64,000 nucleotides of DNA from Verrucomicrobiales bacterium. GTDB taxonomy: Bacteria; Verrucomicrobiota; Verrucomicrobiia; Verrucomicrobiales; DEV007. This document shows, piece after piece, positions 1-9,252 of the stretch. Both the position numbers and the translations under genes were made by a program. The DNA lies in the NCBI GenBank assembly GCA_029233965.1, contig JARGOP010000012.1:30779-94778 (forward strand), in the 5' to 3' direction. The notes beneath the pieces were generated by a model, which was not told where the DNA came from, searched no databases, and saw only the letters and a program-made list of their open reading frames with translations. Within the stretch, counting starts at the first letter, position 1; each line of letters starts with the position of its first letter.

Positions 1-914
1 ACGATGATGGGGAGTTTGAGATCCGTGGTCACCGGACCACTGAGAGGGGTGAGGTCCGGCAGGGGTGCGGCAACCGGTTGTCCGGGGTCGCGATTGGTCA
101 GGAATGTGTTCGAGCGAATGCCGATGGCCATGTTGATCTGCGAGGGGTCGGCGTAGCTGATCGGGGCCATGAGAAGTTCCTGCGGCGTGATGCTGATCCA
201 GACGTTCGGATTATCATTCACCAACTGGCTGATGTATCCCTGGGACCACAGCTTTTCGACTTCGCTGCGAAGGTCGAGCTCCCTGCTCAGCGCCGGCATC
301 AGCTTTGCGGCTTCTTTCTGGACGAACTGACTCAGCGTGCTGTTCAGCATGTTGCTGATGTCGATGCCGCCGAGGCCTCCGATGGAGAGATTGGCTTCCG
401 AGAGACGAAGCCGGGGGACGAACTTCGGATCAATCAGCCAGTTGGGAGTAACCACCGGGGTCATCGATCCCCCGACGATTCCCCCGATTTCGACGGTGCT
501 GTTCAGCGGGAGCATGACGATCTTTGCATCGATGTCACCTTGAAACCGGGCCCCGCCACGAAACTGCGTGGCGAAGGCGAGATTGGATCCGGTGTTTTCA
601 AAGGCGATGTCACCGCGGACTGCCTTCCAGGCGTAGCGCCCCCGCTTGATGCGTTGGTGGAAATCCTTCTGCTCGCCTCCTTCGAACTCGGCGGGGACTT
701 TTGAGTTCGCCAGCGTCGTCATCATTTCGACCGGGATCGCCACGTTGATCGCGACGAGTGAGGTCTCAGAGCGGGGAAGATCAAATTCGCCGATCGGTTG
801 CCCTGTCGGAGGATCAACAAAAATCATGCGCGGTCCGAGGTATCGCGTCGCCAGTGGAAGCAACATGACCAGGCAGAGAAGGACCGCGGCGGCGATGAGG
901 AGAATTTTTTTCAT
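1..914 (-). CDS. Exported/membrane-anchored protein, possibly DUF4403-like (partial; C-terminal part lies off-window)
   Basis: Own translation of the minus strand. ATG at 914..912 gives MKKILLIAAAVLLCLVMLLPLATRYLGPRMIFVDPPTGQPIGEFDLPRSETSLVAINVAIPVEMM...KRGRYAWKAVRGDIAFENTGSNLAFATQFRGG... The N-terminus is a hydrophobic leader. The frame stays open to position 1, so it has no stop in the window and is absent from the ORF track. The family name is from memory only. Confidence 0.6.
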   Translation of the reverse strand, partial: MKKILLIAAAVLLCLVMLLPLATRYLGPRMIFVDPPTGQPIGEFDLPRSETSLVAINVAIPVEMMTTLANSKVPAEFEGGEQKDFHQRIKRGRYAWKAVRGDIAFENTGSNLAFATQFRGGARFQGDIDAKIVMLPLNSTVEIGGIVGGSMTPVVTPNWLIDPKFVPRLRLSEANLSIGGLGGIDISNMLNSTLSQFVQKEAAKLMPALSRELDLRSEVEKLWSQGYISQLVNDNPNVWISITPQELLMAPISYADPSQINMAIGIRSNTFLTNRDPGQPVAAPLPDLTPLSGPVTTDLKLPII

Positions 915-1041
915 GGCACTGGGCAGGTGAGAATGGCGGTAGCAGTAGGGGGATCAGAAAAGCCTTCCGTTGGCTATGGCTCATTCAGGGATACTTGATA
1001 CCGCCGTTTATTTCAAAAGGTTCCCGTGAAACGTTTTACCT

Positions 1042-1836
1042 ATGCTATTCGAGACCGGACAGATCACGTGGGGGCGTCGATCCCTTGCGGATCAGGAGAG
1101 AACTCGTCTCAACTGGGGGAATCTTTTGATCGAACTCAGTTCCGGAGACGGGGAGGTCTATCTTGCGTCGACGACTCTGGATGATTCGGAGATGGGGTCC
1201 GACCTTCAGGATGCCGCGATCGGGTGGACCCGCTGGGCGGTCTGCACAGGCGTGGACGAGCTTGATCTTCACCCGGCCTTCCCTGACCACAGTGTCCTCG
1301 TGCGTCCGGAGATCCTGCTTACGCTGGAGCCCGGTGCGTCGGCCCGGGTTTGGGTCAATATCCCTCCAACGGTCATCGTGAGGGTGAAAGATCGGATTGA
1401 TCAGGTTCTTGCCGAGTTCCCGACTGTCTCTCTGGAGCAGTCATGGTTCGGTCAGCCGGGTAAGGGCGAGCTTTGCTACGAGCTGACTTCGCAGGCCCGA
1501 CAGCAACCCGGTCTCGAAACCTCGGCGGTGGGCATTCAGTGCCCGGTGACGATTGTCAATCAGTCCAGTGAGTCATTAAATGTGACGCGCTTTTGCCTGA
1601 GGGTTGCCGGACTCACGCTGTACGAGTCAGCAAATGGATTGTGGGGCAACGAAACCGTGGTGAAGTATCAGGGCGGCACCAGCGTCAGTCGGGTCACTTT
1701 ACAGAGCGGGCCACCGGCTGAAGCAATCCAGCCGGAAGTTCTCGCGCTCCCGAGGGAGCGGGGGTCGTTTCAAGTAGTCGGGCGGACGTTTCGAACCTTC
1801 AGCCGTCGCGGTAAGGGGGATCTCAGTTTTGAGTAA
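1042..1836 (+). CDS. Hypothetical protein (no motif recognised)
   Basis: 264-aa ORF with non-repetitive, protein-like composition. It is co-directional with nadD, which starts 37 bp downstream. Only short shadow ORFs overlap it. Confidence 0.5.
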   Translation: MLFETGQITWGRRSLADQERTRLNWGNLLIELSSGDGEVYLASTTLDDSEMGSDLQDAAIGWTRWAVCTGVDELDLHPAFPDHSVLVRPEILLTLEPGASARVWVNIPPTVIVRVKDRIDQVLAEFPTVSLEQSWFGQPGKGELCYELTSQARQQPGLETSAVGIQCPVTIVNQSSESLNVTRFCLRVAGLTLYESANGLWGNETVVKYQGGTSVSRVTLQSGPPAEAIQPEVLALPRERGSFQVVGRTFRTFSRRGKGDLSFE

Positions 1837-1873
1837 CCCTTTTCAGGCTGAGATTTCGCCTTAGGATACGGGG

Positions 1874-2461
1874 ATGTCTCATCCTCTTTCGAAACGTTCC
1901 GCTATTTTCGGTGGTTCCTTTGATCCTGTTCACCGCGGCCATCTCGGAATGGTACGGCACGCAATGGAGGCCGTGGAGTTGGATCGGGTCCTCTTCATGC
2001 CTGCCTGTGTCTCACCGTTTAAATCGGGCACGGTTGCCTCGGGGCCGCAGCGGGCAACGATGCTGGAGTTGGCGTTGAATGATGAAGAACTCGACGACGT
2101 TGAGATTTCAACCTTTGAGATTGATCGGAATCAGCCGAGCTATTCGTGGGAAACGGCGACTCACTTCTGTTCCGCTTTTCCGCGAACGGAATGGTACTGG
2201 ATCCTCGGTAGTGACCAGTGGAATTCAATTGATCGGTGGGCTGAACCGGGAAAGCTGCGCGAACTCCTCCGGTTCGTGATCATGACCCGGAATGAAGATC
2301 CGGTGATGGATCGTCCGGGATGGAACTACCTCGCGGTGCCGTATTCTCATCCAGCTTCCTCCAGCGCGATTCGGAAAGACTTCCAATCTCACCTCTCATG
2401 GATGTCTCCTTCGGTTGTCGCTTTCTGCCAACGCGAAGGATTGTATCAGGCTGATTCGTGA
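1874..2461 (+). CDS. nadD: Nicotinate-nucleotide adenylyltransferase
   Basis: N-terminal GGSFDPVHRGHL nucleotidyltransferase motif, about 195 aa, and a C-terminal SSSAIR motif typical of NadD. Confidence 0.9.
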   Translation: MSHPLSKRSAIFGGSFDPVHRGHLGMVRHAMEAVELDRVLFMPACVSPFKSGTVASGPQRATMLELALNDEELDDVEISTFEIDRNQPSYSWETATHFCSAFPRTEWYWILGSDQWNSIDRWAEPGKLRELLRFVIMTRNEDPVMDRPGWNYLAVPYSHPASSSAIRKDFQSHLSWMSPSVVAFCQREGLYQADS

Positions 2462-2516
2462 GGCTCTTGCGAAGAAGAGTTGTTTCGTCAGGCCGGAACA
2501 TGATAGTCTCGCAGGA

Positions 2517-3353
2517 ATGCTCTTCCGAATTGTCACTGTCGCCATTGTGGGCTTCTGGCTCGCCAGTGTCGGGTGGCTTTGCGCCGTCATTTGGGCCCCG
2601 CCGGAATCGAGAATGGCTCAGGTCGATCCGAGAGAAGTTTACGAAGTGTTCTTCGCCTGGAATGAGTCTACGAGGATGACGCTCCTCGAAAACGGAAGTC
2701 GCCGGGGAGAGATCACGATTGCCGGCGGTTCGGGGGATGATCGGAAGACGGGGCTGTTCGTCAATTCCTTTTCCATGACGGGAACGATTGATACGATTGA
2801 TCCATCCAACGATTTTCCGGGAATCGATCTTTCGTGGCGTGGATTGGCCGAGTTCAGCCGGGAACTTGAATTTGATTCAGGGGATTTTTCTGTCCGTATT
2901 CCCGGGCTCAACATGAGTGCTCACGTCAGCCTCGAGGGGAGGCCAATGGTGACAAAGGCCGCTGTTTCGATGAGTGAGATTCCGGTGTTCCGGTTTGATT
3001 CCTCGAAGGACTCTTTCAACTCAGGCTCCCTGCAGTCGCTGCCGCTTGCCGGGGCGTTCGGGGACGGGCTGCCTTTTTCCTCAATGGCAGGAAAGGGCGA
3101 GCTGGATGAGTCTGTGCTCGACAGCCTCAAAGTGGATGCGCGCATGGGGAATTTCACCTTTGGAGGGCGGGATCTCCAGGCCTACCTTCTGATTTTCAGT
3201 TCCGGCGACCACGACGAGGCGATGCGCGTATTCCTCAGCGAAGTGGGGGAGCCGCTCCGCATCGAAACCGATTTCGGGTTTGAAGCGGTTTCTGAAATAC
3301 TCATGCCACTTGAGGCCTACCTGAAAAAGAAAGAAAGCCCGTCCGATGATTGA
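2517..3353 (+). CDS. Hypothetical membrane-anchored protein
   Basis: The ORF runs 2415..3353. The start is placed at internal ATG 2517 (MLFRIVTVAIVGFWLASVGWLCAVIW, one N-terminal TM) because the longer form overlaps the nadD 3' end. Its stop overlaps the ATG of the next gene. Confidence 0.5.
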   Translation: MLFRIVTVAIVGFWLASVGWLCAVIWAPPESRMAQVDPREVYEVFFAWNESTRMTLLENGSRRGEITIAGGSGDDRKTGLFVNSFSMTGTIDTIDPSNDFPGIDLSWRGLAEFSRELEFDSGDFSVRIPGLNMSAHVSLEGRPMVTKAAVSMSEIPVFRFDSSKDSFNSGSLQSLPLAGAFGDGLPFSSMAGKGELDESVLDSLKVDARMGNFTFGGRDLQAYLLIFSSGDHDEAMRVFLSEVGEPLRIETDFGFEAVSEILMPLEAYLKKKESPSDD

Positions 3354-4092
3354 GATTCAGAACCTTTCGATGCGATACGGAGATCTTCTCGCCCTCGATC
3401 ATTTGGATTTGAAGATCGAGAAGGGGGAGTTCTTTGCTTTCCTCGGCCCGAACGCAGCGGGGAAAACGACGACGATCAAACTGCTTACCGGGCTCATGGA
3501 GCCGACTTCAGGGTTCGCTGAGATTTGTGGCTTTGATATCCAGAAGGATTCCATGGAGGCGAAACGGCGGATCGGCTACATTCCCGACGTTGCTGAATTC
3601 TATGACAAGCTGACTCCACTGGAGTTTATGGGGTTCATTGCCGACCTGTTCGAAGTGGATGCTTCCAGAGCGCAGGAGCAGACCCCTGAATTGATGGAGC
3701 AGTTTTCACTCGTGCCCTATGGACGGCAGCGTATCGAGAATCTCAGTCATGGAACACGTCAGAGACTCGCAATTGCGTCAGCGCTTCTGCACGATCCTGA
3801 AGTCATCATCATTGACGAACCGATGGTAGGTCTCGATCCGAAGAACGCCCGGGTCGTAAAAGAGGAGTTGAAAGCGAGAAGCAAAGCCGGGGTCACAGTG
3901 TTTCTTTCGACGCACCTGCTAAATGTGGCTCAGGAACTCGCCGATCGTGTCGGGATCATCAATCACGGAAGGCTTCTCGCCCTTGGCACAGTGGACGAAA
4001 TTTTAGAGCAGACTTCGAAAGGGCGTGATCTCTCCTTGGAGGAGGTCTTTCTTGAAATGACAGGAGATCCCGAAGTCGCAGAAAAAGATTAA
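3346..4092 (+). CDS. ABC transporter ATP-binding protein (ABC-2/DrrA-like type)
   Basis: Walker A GPNAAGKTT, signature LSHGTRQRL, Walker B IIIDEP and H-loop STH. The ATG overlaps the upstream stop by 8 nt (GATGATTGA). Confidence 0.9.
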   Translation: MIEIQNLSMRYGDLLALDHLDLKIEKGEFFAFLGPNAAGKTTTIKLLTGLMEPTSGFAEICGFDIQKDSMEAKRRIGYIPDVAEFYDKLTPLEFMGFIADLFEVDASRAQEQTPELMEQFSLVPYGRQRIENLSHGTRQRLAIASALLHDPEVIIIDEPMVGLDPKNARVVKEELKARSKAGVTVFLSTHLLNVAQELADRVGIINHGRLLALGTVDEILEQTSKGRDLSLEEVFLEMTGDPEVAEKD

Positions 4093-4179
4093 ATTAATTC
4101 TCGCTTTTTCCTTTACAGTTTTGCTCAAATATCCCAAGAACAACCCCTGTCATTTTACCAAAGACCAACAGAATTACTT

Positions 4180-4980
4180 ATGTCAAAAACGATGTCACTC
4201 CTCCTATCCAAGCGTTGGCTCATCACTCTGGGTGTTTTGCTCCTCGTTTCTTTCGCTGCTCCCGACCTCATGGCGCAGGACGCCGATCCCGCGCCGGAGA
4301 GTAAGACTCTCATGGACAAAATCGTGGACGCGGGTTTGTTCATGATTCCGATCGGTATCCTCTCTGTGCTCATGATCACGCTGGCAGTCTTCAATGCGCT
4401 GCAACTTTCAGCGAAAAAGTTTTCCCCGGGCGCCCTGAAAGAGGAGATCCTCGCGAACATGGCTGACGTGCGGGTTCGCAGTTCGATTGATGTTGCGGCA
4501 CAGGACCCATCTTACCTCGGACGTCTCGTCGCGACCGCTTATCCACTCGTTGATGCAACGGATCCTGAAACGCTTGGACGTGGTAAAGTGGAGGATGCGA
4601 TTGCGGATTTTGCGATTCGTGAGAATTCCCGTTACATGTCCTGGATCGGATATTTCTCCGTGATCGCCCAGGCCGCTCCGATGATCGGACTGTTCGGAAC
4701 GGTCGCCGGTATGATCCTTGCGTTCGACACGATGGGACTCAGTGGAGGTGCCGATCCGAGTGCGCTCGCCGGAAACATCTCGCTCGCCCTGATGACGACC
4801 GCCGGTGGTCTTGTTGTGGCGATTCCGAGTATCTTCTGTTTCTACATTTTCAAAAACCGCTTCAACAAGCTGGTTAGCGAAGCGCAGGAAGTGGCGAGCG
4901 AAGGCCTTGATTACGCAGTGGGAACGGTCAATGCCGACCAGCAGCTTGCGAAGGTTCCGGAAGGGATTTCGGAAAGCTGA
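4180..4980 (+). CDS. exbB: MotA/TolQ/ExbB family proton-channel protein (long form with N-terminal signal peptide)
   Basis: Conserved channel segment AQAAPMIGLFGTVAGMILAF and three TM helices. An ExbD pair follows. An 87-bp AT-rich spacer lies upstream. Confidence 0.85.
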   Translation: MSKTMSLLLSKRWLITLGVLLLVSFAAPDLMAQDADPAPESKTLMDKIVDAGLFMIPIGILSVLMITLAVFNALQLSAKKFSPGALKEEILANMADVRVRSSIDVAAQDPSYLGRLVATAYPLVDATDPETLGRGKVEDAIADFAIRENSRYMSWIGYFSVIAQAAPMIGLFGTVAGMILAFDTMGLSGGADPSALAGNISLALMTTAGGLVVAIPSIFCFYIFKNRFNKLVSEAQEVASEGLDYAVGTVNADQQLAKVPEGISES

Positions 4981-5016
4981 TTTGCCTGACCGAATCGTAG
5001 TTTAGGAAAGAACACT

Positions 5017-5469
5017 ATGGCATCTGAAAAACTCAAAGCAGCAATCGAGAGCCTCGATGAAGAGGAACTTCAAATGGACATGTCGTCCATGATCGACCTC
5101 GTTTTCCTGCTTCTGATTTTCTTCATGGTCAGTTCTCACCTCATCATCGTCGAAATTGATAAGCGCGTGAATCCTCCAACCGCAGCCAATGCACAAGTCG
5201 CGAAAAATGCGACGGGGCGGGTTGTTGTCAATATCCTCGCTGACGGTTCGATCTGGGGCCAGGGCGAACAGGAGCTTCCCACAATAGAGGCAATTGAGGA
5301 CTACGTGCGGAATTATAAAGAGCGTAACGACAACAACAGTATCCCGACCCGTCTCAACCTCCGTGCGGATGAGGAAGTGGATACCCGGGTGATTAAGAAA
5401 GTGGTTCAGGCTGCCGGAGACGCCGGGGTCAACGATGTCATCTTCGGCAGTTACGTGGTTGAACGCTGA
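5017..5469 (+). CDS. exbD: ExbD/TolR family biopolymer transport protein
   Basis: N-terminal DMSSMIDLVFLLLIFFMV signature TM, about 150 aa, 36 bp after exbB. Confidence 0.85.
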   Translation: MASEKLKAAIESLDEEELQMDMSSMIDLVFLLLIFFMVSSHLIIVEIDKRVNPPTAANAQVAKNATGRVVVNILADGSIWGQGEQELPTIEAIEDYVRNYKERNDNNSIPTRLNLRADEEVDTRVIKKVVQAAGDAGVNDVIFGSYVVER

Positions 5470-5493
5470 GGCGAATAACGAATCCAAAACGAT

Positions 5494-5949
5494 ATGGCGC
5501 GCAGAAAAGCCCCCAAAGAGGAAGATCCGGCATTGGATATGTCGTCTCTGATTGACGTCAGTTTCCTTCTCCTGATTTACTTCCTCGTCACTTCGACGCT
5601 CGACCCGAAAGAGGCCGACCTCGGCATGACGATGCCGACAAGCCAGTCGACCTCTTCCTCGAGTCCGCCGGAAATCGATCAGATGACGATCGATGTGAAC
5701 AGTTCCGGGCACATAGTGCTGAACGAAGAGGTTCTAGACACCGATCCGGAGAAACGGGAAGTGCCGCTGCTCCTTGATCGTCTTCGTACCTACGCACAGA
5801 CCGCAAAGATGACTGATTCACAGCCGGTCGTGATCATCGCCGCTGATGATGCCGCGAAAGGACAACGATTCGTTGACGTCCTTAATGCCCTTGCAGACAA
5901 AGATGTCGACATTCGAAATGTCACCATCACCGGGTTTAAAGAGGAATGA
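5494..5949 (+). CDS. exbD: ExbD/TolR family biopolymer transport protein (second copy)
   Basis: N-terminal DMSSLIDVSFLLLIYFLV signature TM, 151 aa, 24 bp after the first exbD. Confidence 0.85.
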   Translation: MARRKAPKEEDPALDMSSLIDVSFLLLIYFLVTSTLDPKEADLGMTMPTSQSTSSSSPPEIDQMTIDVNSSGHIVLNEEVLDTDPEKREVPLLLDRLRTYAQTAKMTDSQPVVIIAADDAAKGQRFVDVLNALADKDVDIRNVTITGFKEE

Positions 5950-6099
5950 TCCATGCCCCGCTCCAGTCGGTGGTTGTACAGTTTCGCGGTTTCGTGCCGC
6001 TCAAAATAGTAATACAGGGGCGGTTAAGTTGATCCGGTCCCGGGTATCTCTGTCGACTCGAGCAGCAGTCAGGGAGAAACAGACTCTACAAATTTTAGA

Positions 6100-9000
6100 A
6101 TGAAAATACTTCGCAACAGGAAGCTCTCCTATTTCACTGCGGTATTCGCCGCCGCCGCTCTGACCGGGCTTATTTCCGCTCAGGATGACGAAAGCATCGA
6201 AGGCCTGTATCAGACTGCGGTCGAGCAAAACATGTCAGGAAAGCCGGCGGAAGCGTCGGCGACCTTTGAAAAACTCTTTGATCTCGCCGGGGGAACGGAA
6301 ACTCTCTTTGAGGATTACGGGGCTCAGGCCGGAGGCTTTTTCTTCGATTACGGTCTCACCCTCCTTCCGCAACAGCGCTGGGAAGACGCCAGGGCTGCTT
6401 TCACGACCTGTATTCAGGCCGATGAGATCGCCGAGCGGGTCGAGACTCCAATCAACTCGACGAATGCGCGGAAGAGTCTTGCGACTTTTCAGCTTGGTTT
6501 CTGCGAAGCGCAATTGGGAAATCATGAGGAAGCACTGAAGCTCTATGATGAGTATATGGCCTCGAACCCGCCTGCGGCGGAGCTGGAGCAAATCTACAGC
6601 ACCTACAAATTACGCTACGGGGCGACTCTCATGAAGCTCGGTCGGAATGACGAGGGCATTGCCTCAATTCAGGAGCTGTTCGACAACAAAGAGGATAAGG
6701 GGATTCCAACGCAGTTTCTTGTTCAGGGTCTTCTCGAACTCGGGCTTTCCTGGGTTGAGCAGGCGGAGGCAGCCGGTGGTGACGGCGTTGCTATCGAAAA
6801 AATTTCGAATTCCGCGAATGCTTTTCTCGATGAGAACGAGTCGATGCTGGCCCTCTCGCCGCTCGACAAGTTCCGCTTTGGTTTTTACGATCGCCTTCGC
6901 GTTCTCGGGTTCGAGGCTTCCAAAGTCGGGCTCTATCCGCTTGCGCTCCGGCTTTTCACGATGGTTCCGACTCTCGAGGATGTGAAAGAGGATATCAATC
7001 TGGGCCTCGCCCGTCTCCCTCTCGGTGCCGGAATCCCTTCGCAGTATCAGCAACTCCTCGATCGCATCGAAGCAATGGAAAATGTCGAGTTTCATCCGGA
7101 TGCGGAGACTCTTCGTCTTGTCGCGACTTGCTATGACCGTATGGGGAATTCCCGGGCCGCGAGGGTCGTTTATTGGCATCTCGCTTCCCAGTTTCCCGAT
7201 GCTCCGGCAGCTGCCCGTGGTGAGATTCTTCACGAAGCCTCGCGACTTTCCTCGATCCTTGGTGACTACTCCGGGGCCCGGTATTTTGGCGAAGCCTTCA
7301 ACCGCGAAGTTCCGGAGAATCACCCGTTGAAGAACAACGTCGCTTCCTTCATGCTGCAGTCACTCTTTGCGGCGAAGGACTACGATCAGGTCAAGAGCAT
7401 TGCCGAGCGGGTTCGAGAGCGATACGAGCCGGGTGCTCCGGAGCGCGAGTTGGCTGATTCCTACTACTCGCTGGCGCTTTTCACGACGCAGGATCATGAG
7501 GCGGCCGCTGAGCCGATGAATGAATATATCGCCAACTACCCCAACGGGCAGACTCGAGAGATGGTGATGTATTTCCGCGGAACCAACTCCCTTGTCCTCG
7601 GTAAAATGCGTGAAGCGGCCGAGTATATCGAGGAATTCATCAAGGCTTTTCCGGAATCAGAAGCCTACCTCGACAAAGCACTCGCTGACCTTGCTGTGGC
7701 CCGGTTCAACCTCGAAGACTATCCTGCCTCGATCAAAGCAGCGGATCAACTCGAAGCGGTTCGCCCTGACTCGGTCACGCTCGGACGAACTCTCAATATC
7801 CGGGGCGACTCCTATCTCATTCAGGCCGGCACGATGAAGAGCAAAGAGCAGGAGGAGCAGCGGAAGGAATGGGAAGCCGCCGCTCTCAATTCCTATCTCG
7901 CGGCATTTGAAGCGGCGAAGTCGGCGATCAACGCGGAGCCGGATCGTGCTGATTATCACAAAAATATCGCGGCGGAAGCGCTCTGGAAATCAGCTGACCA
8001 GTATTACACCAATGGCGAAATTGAGAAAGGTCTCGCCCAGTATGATGCCTTCTTCCCCGACTACTCAGGCACCCGTTGGGAGCCACAGATTTCCGTTTTC
8101 TCGCTTGAGCATCTCGAAGCTGCGGATCGCGGCGAAGAGGGTTTGACTCAGGTGGAGAAAATGATTCTCCTTCTGGGGGAGAAGCCACCGGAAGAGCAGG
8201 ATCTTACCCTGCTTCGCCAGGCGATCGGTTCGTATTCGCAGGCTTCGGTCCGCATCCGGGGTGTTGATGAGACGCTCGCGACGCTCGAAGACTTTCCGGG
8301 CATCGATCCTTCGAATCAGGCGTTGCTCACCTGGTTGAAGATTCAGCAGGTCATCGTGCTTCAGGGAAGTCGCAAGGAGATGGAGAAAGACTCTCCGGAG
8401 TATGCGGCGGTCGAAGGAAAGATTGCCAAGGTTTTCGACGATCTGAAAAAGTTCGAGATTCGACAGCTCTCCGAGTTCGCATTGCAGCAAATCGGTCTCT
8501 ATTTCGCCGGAACGGAAAACCCGTTTCTCGGGGTGCCATACTTTGACGAACTTCTGACCCGCACCAACCCGGAAGCAGATCCCTTCAAAGGGGCGGCTGA
8601 GATGGAACTGGGCATCATCGAGATGCGCGCTGCCGACCCCGGGAAGGTTCAATCGGCTCGTGAGCGCTTCCGTCGTGTCATCAACAAATACAAGGATGCA
8701 GAGCTCGTTCCTGAGGCACACCTGAACCTGGCCAAGCTGCACATCAACAGCGAGGAGTGGTCTGATGCGCTTGAACAGCTCGATGTTATCAATCGGAACA
8801 AAAACTATTTTAAAGAACAGCGTCAGAAGCGGGCCGAAGCGCTCTTTCTTCTGGGGAATGTCTACGATGAGATGGAGGATCCGCTCAGAGCAAATCAGGC
8901 TTATGTGGGTTTGATAGGAGCCTACTTCAATTTGCACGACTGGGTCACGCAGGCGTGGGAGCGCTACATTCCCAACAGTCTGGCTGATTTTGAGAAAATG

Positions 9001-9231
9001 CCGACCGAGACGGAAATTGATCGTGCCGCAAAGCGGACAAGGGAGCTGGCACTGTATGAACTCACCCGGAAATACCTCTACCAATGGTCCGAACTCACCG
9101 ATGAGGACGTGCCATCAGGAGCACTTCGTCGCCTTCGCCGTGACGTCGAGCTCATGAAGACTAACCTGCAGATCACTCCCGAGGAGGAGCAGACGATTCT
9201 CATCAAGCTCGGGTTGGCCGACCCTAACTAA
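6100..9231 (+). CDS. Large secreted TPR-repeat protein (1043 aa)
   Basis: Signal-peptide-like N-terminus (FTAVFAAAALTGLISAQ). The rest is all-helical, with recurring TPR-like A..Y......P/W..A..L blocks throughout. Confidence 0.75.
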   Translation: MKILRNRKLSYFTAVFAAAALTGLISAQDDESIEGLYQTAVEQNMSGKPAEASATFEKLFDLAGGTETLFEDYGAQAGGFFFDYGLTLLPQQRWEDARAAFTTCIQADEIAERVETPINSTNARKSLATFQLGFCEAQLGNHEEALKLYDEYMASNPPAAELEQIYSTYKLRYGATLMKLGRNDEGIASIQELFDNKEDKGIPTQFLVQGLLELGLSWVEQAEAAGGDGVAIEKISNSANAFLDENESMLALSPLDKFRFGFYDRLRVLGFEASKVGLYPLALRLFTMVPTLEDVKEDINLGLARLPLGAGIPSQYQQLLDRIEAMENVEFHPDAETLRLVATCYDRMGNSRAARVVYWHLASQFPDAPAAARGEILHEASRLSSILGDYSGARYFGEAFNREVPENHPLKNNVASFMLQSLFAAKDYDQVKSIAERVRERYEPGAPERELADSYYSLALFTTQDHEAAAEPMNEYIANYPNGQTREMVMYFRGTNSLVLGKMREAAEYIEEFIKAFPESEAYLDKALADLAVARFNLEDYPASIKAADQLEAVRPDSVTLGRTLNIRGDSYLIQAGTMKSKEQEEQRKEWEAAALNSYLAAFEAAKSAINAEPDRADYHKNIAAEALWKSADQYYTNGEIEKGLAQYDAFFPDYSGTRWEPQISVFSLEHLEAADRGEEGLTQVEKMILLLGEKPPEEQDLTLLRQAIGSYSQASVRIRGVDETLATLEDFPGIDPSNQALLTWLKIQQVIVLQGSRKEMEKDSPEYAAVEGKIAKVFDDLKKFEIRQLSEFALQQIGLYFAGTENPFLGVPYFDELLTRTNPEADPFKGAAEMELGIIEMRAADPGKVQSARERFRRVINKYKDAELVPEAHLNLAKLHINSEEWSDALEQLDVINRNKNYFKEQRQKRAEALFLLGNVYDEMEDPLRANQAYVGLIGAYFNLHDWVTQAWERYIPNSLADFEKMPTETEIDRAAKRTRELALYELTRKYLYQWSELTDEDVPSGALRRLRRDVELMKTNLQITPEEEQTILIKLGLADPN

Positions 9232-9252
9232 TTCATTTCACGTCCATTTTCG

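Noticed and set aside
78-704. 208-aa plus-strand ORF at the window start
   Set aside because: It is the shadow of the minus-strand exported-protein gene (1..914). Its translation is compositionally odd and has no motif, whereas the opposite strand gives a signal peptide and ordinary protein sequence.
8065-9084. 339-aa minus-strand ORF inside the TPR gene. Similar long antisense ORFs occur at 5002..5712, 14528..15412, 19261..20208, 27098..27958, 51947..52726, 62054..62782 and 63227..63928.
   Set aside because: All lie opposite confidently identified genes and none has a recognisable motif. This is the typical result of six-frame translation of GC-rich coding DNA.
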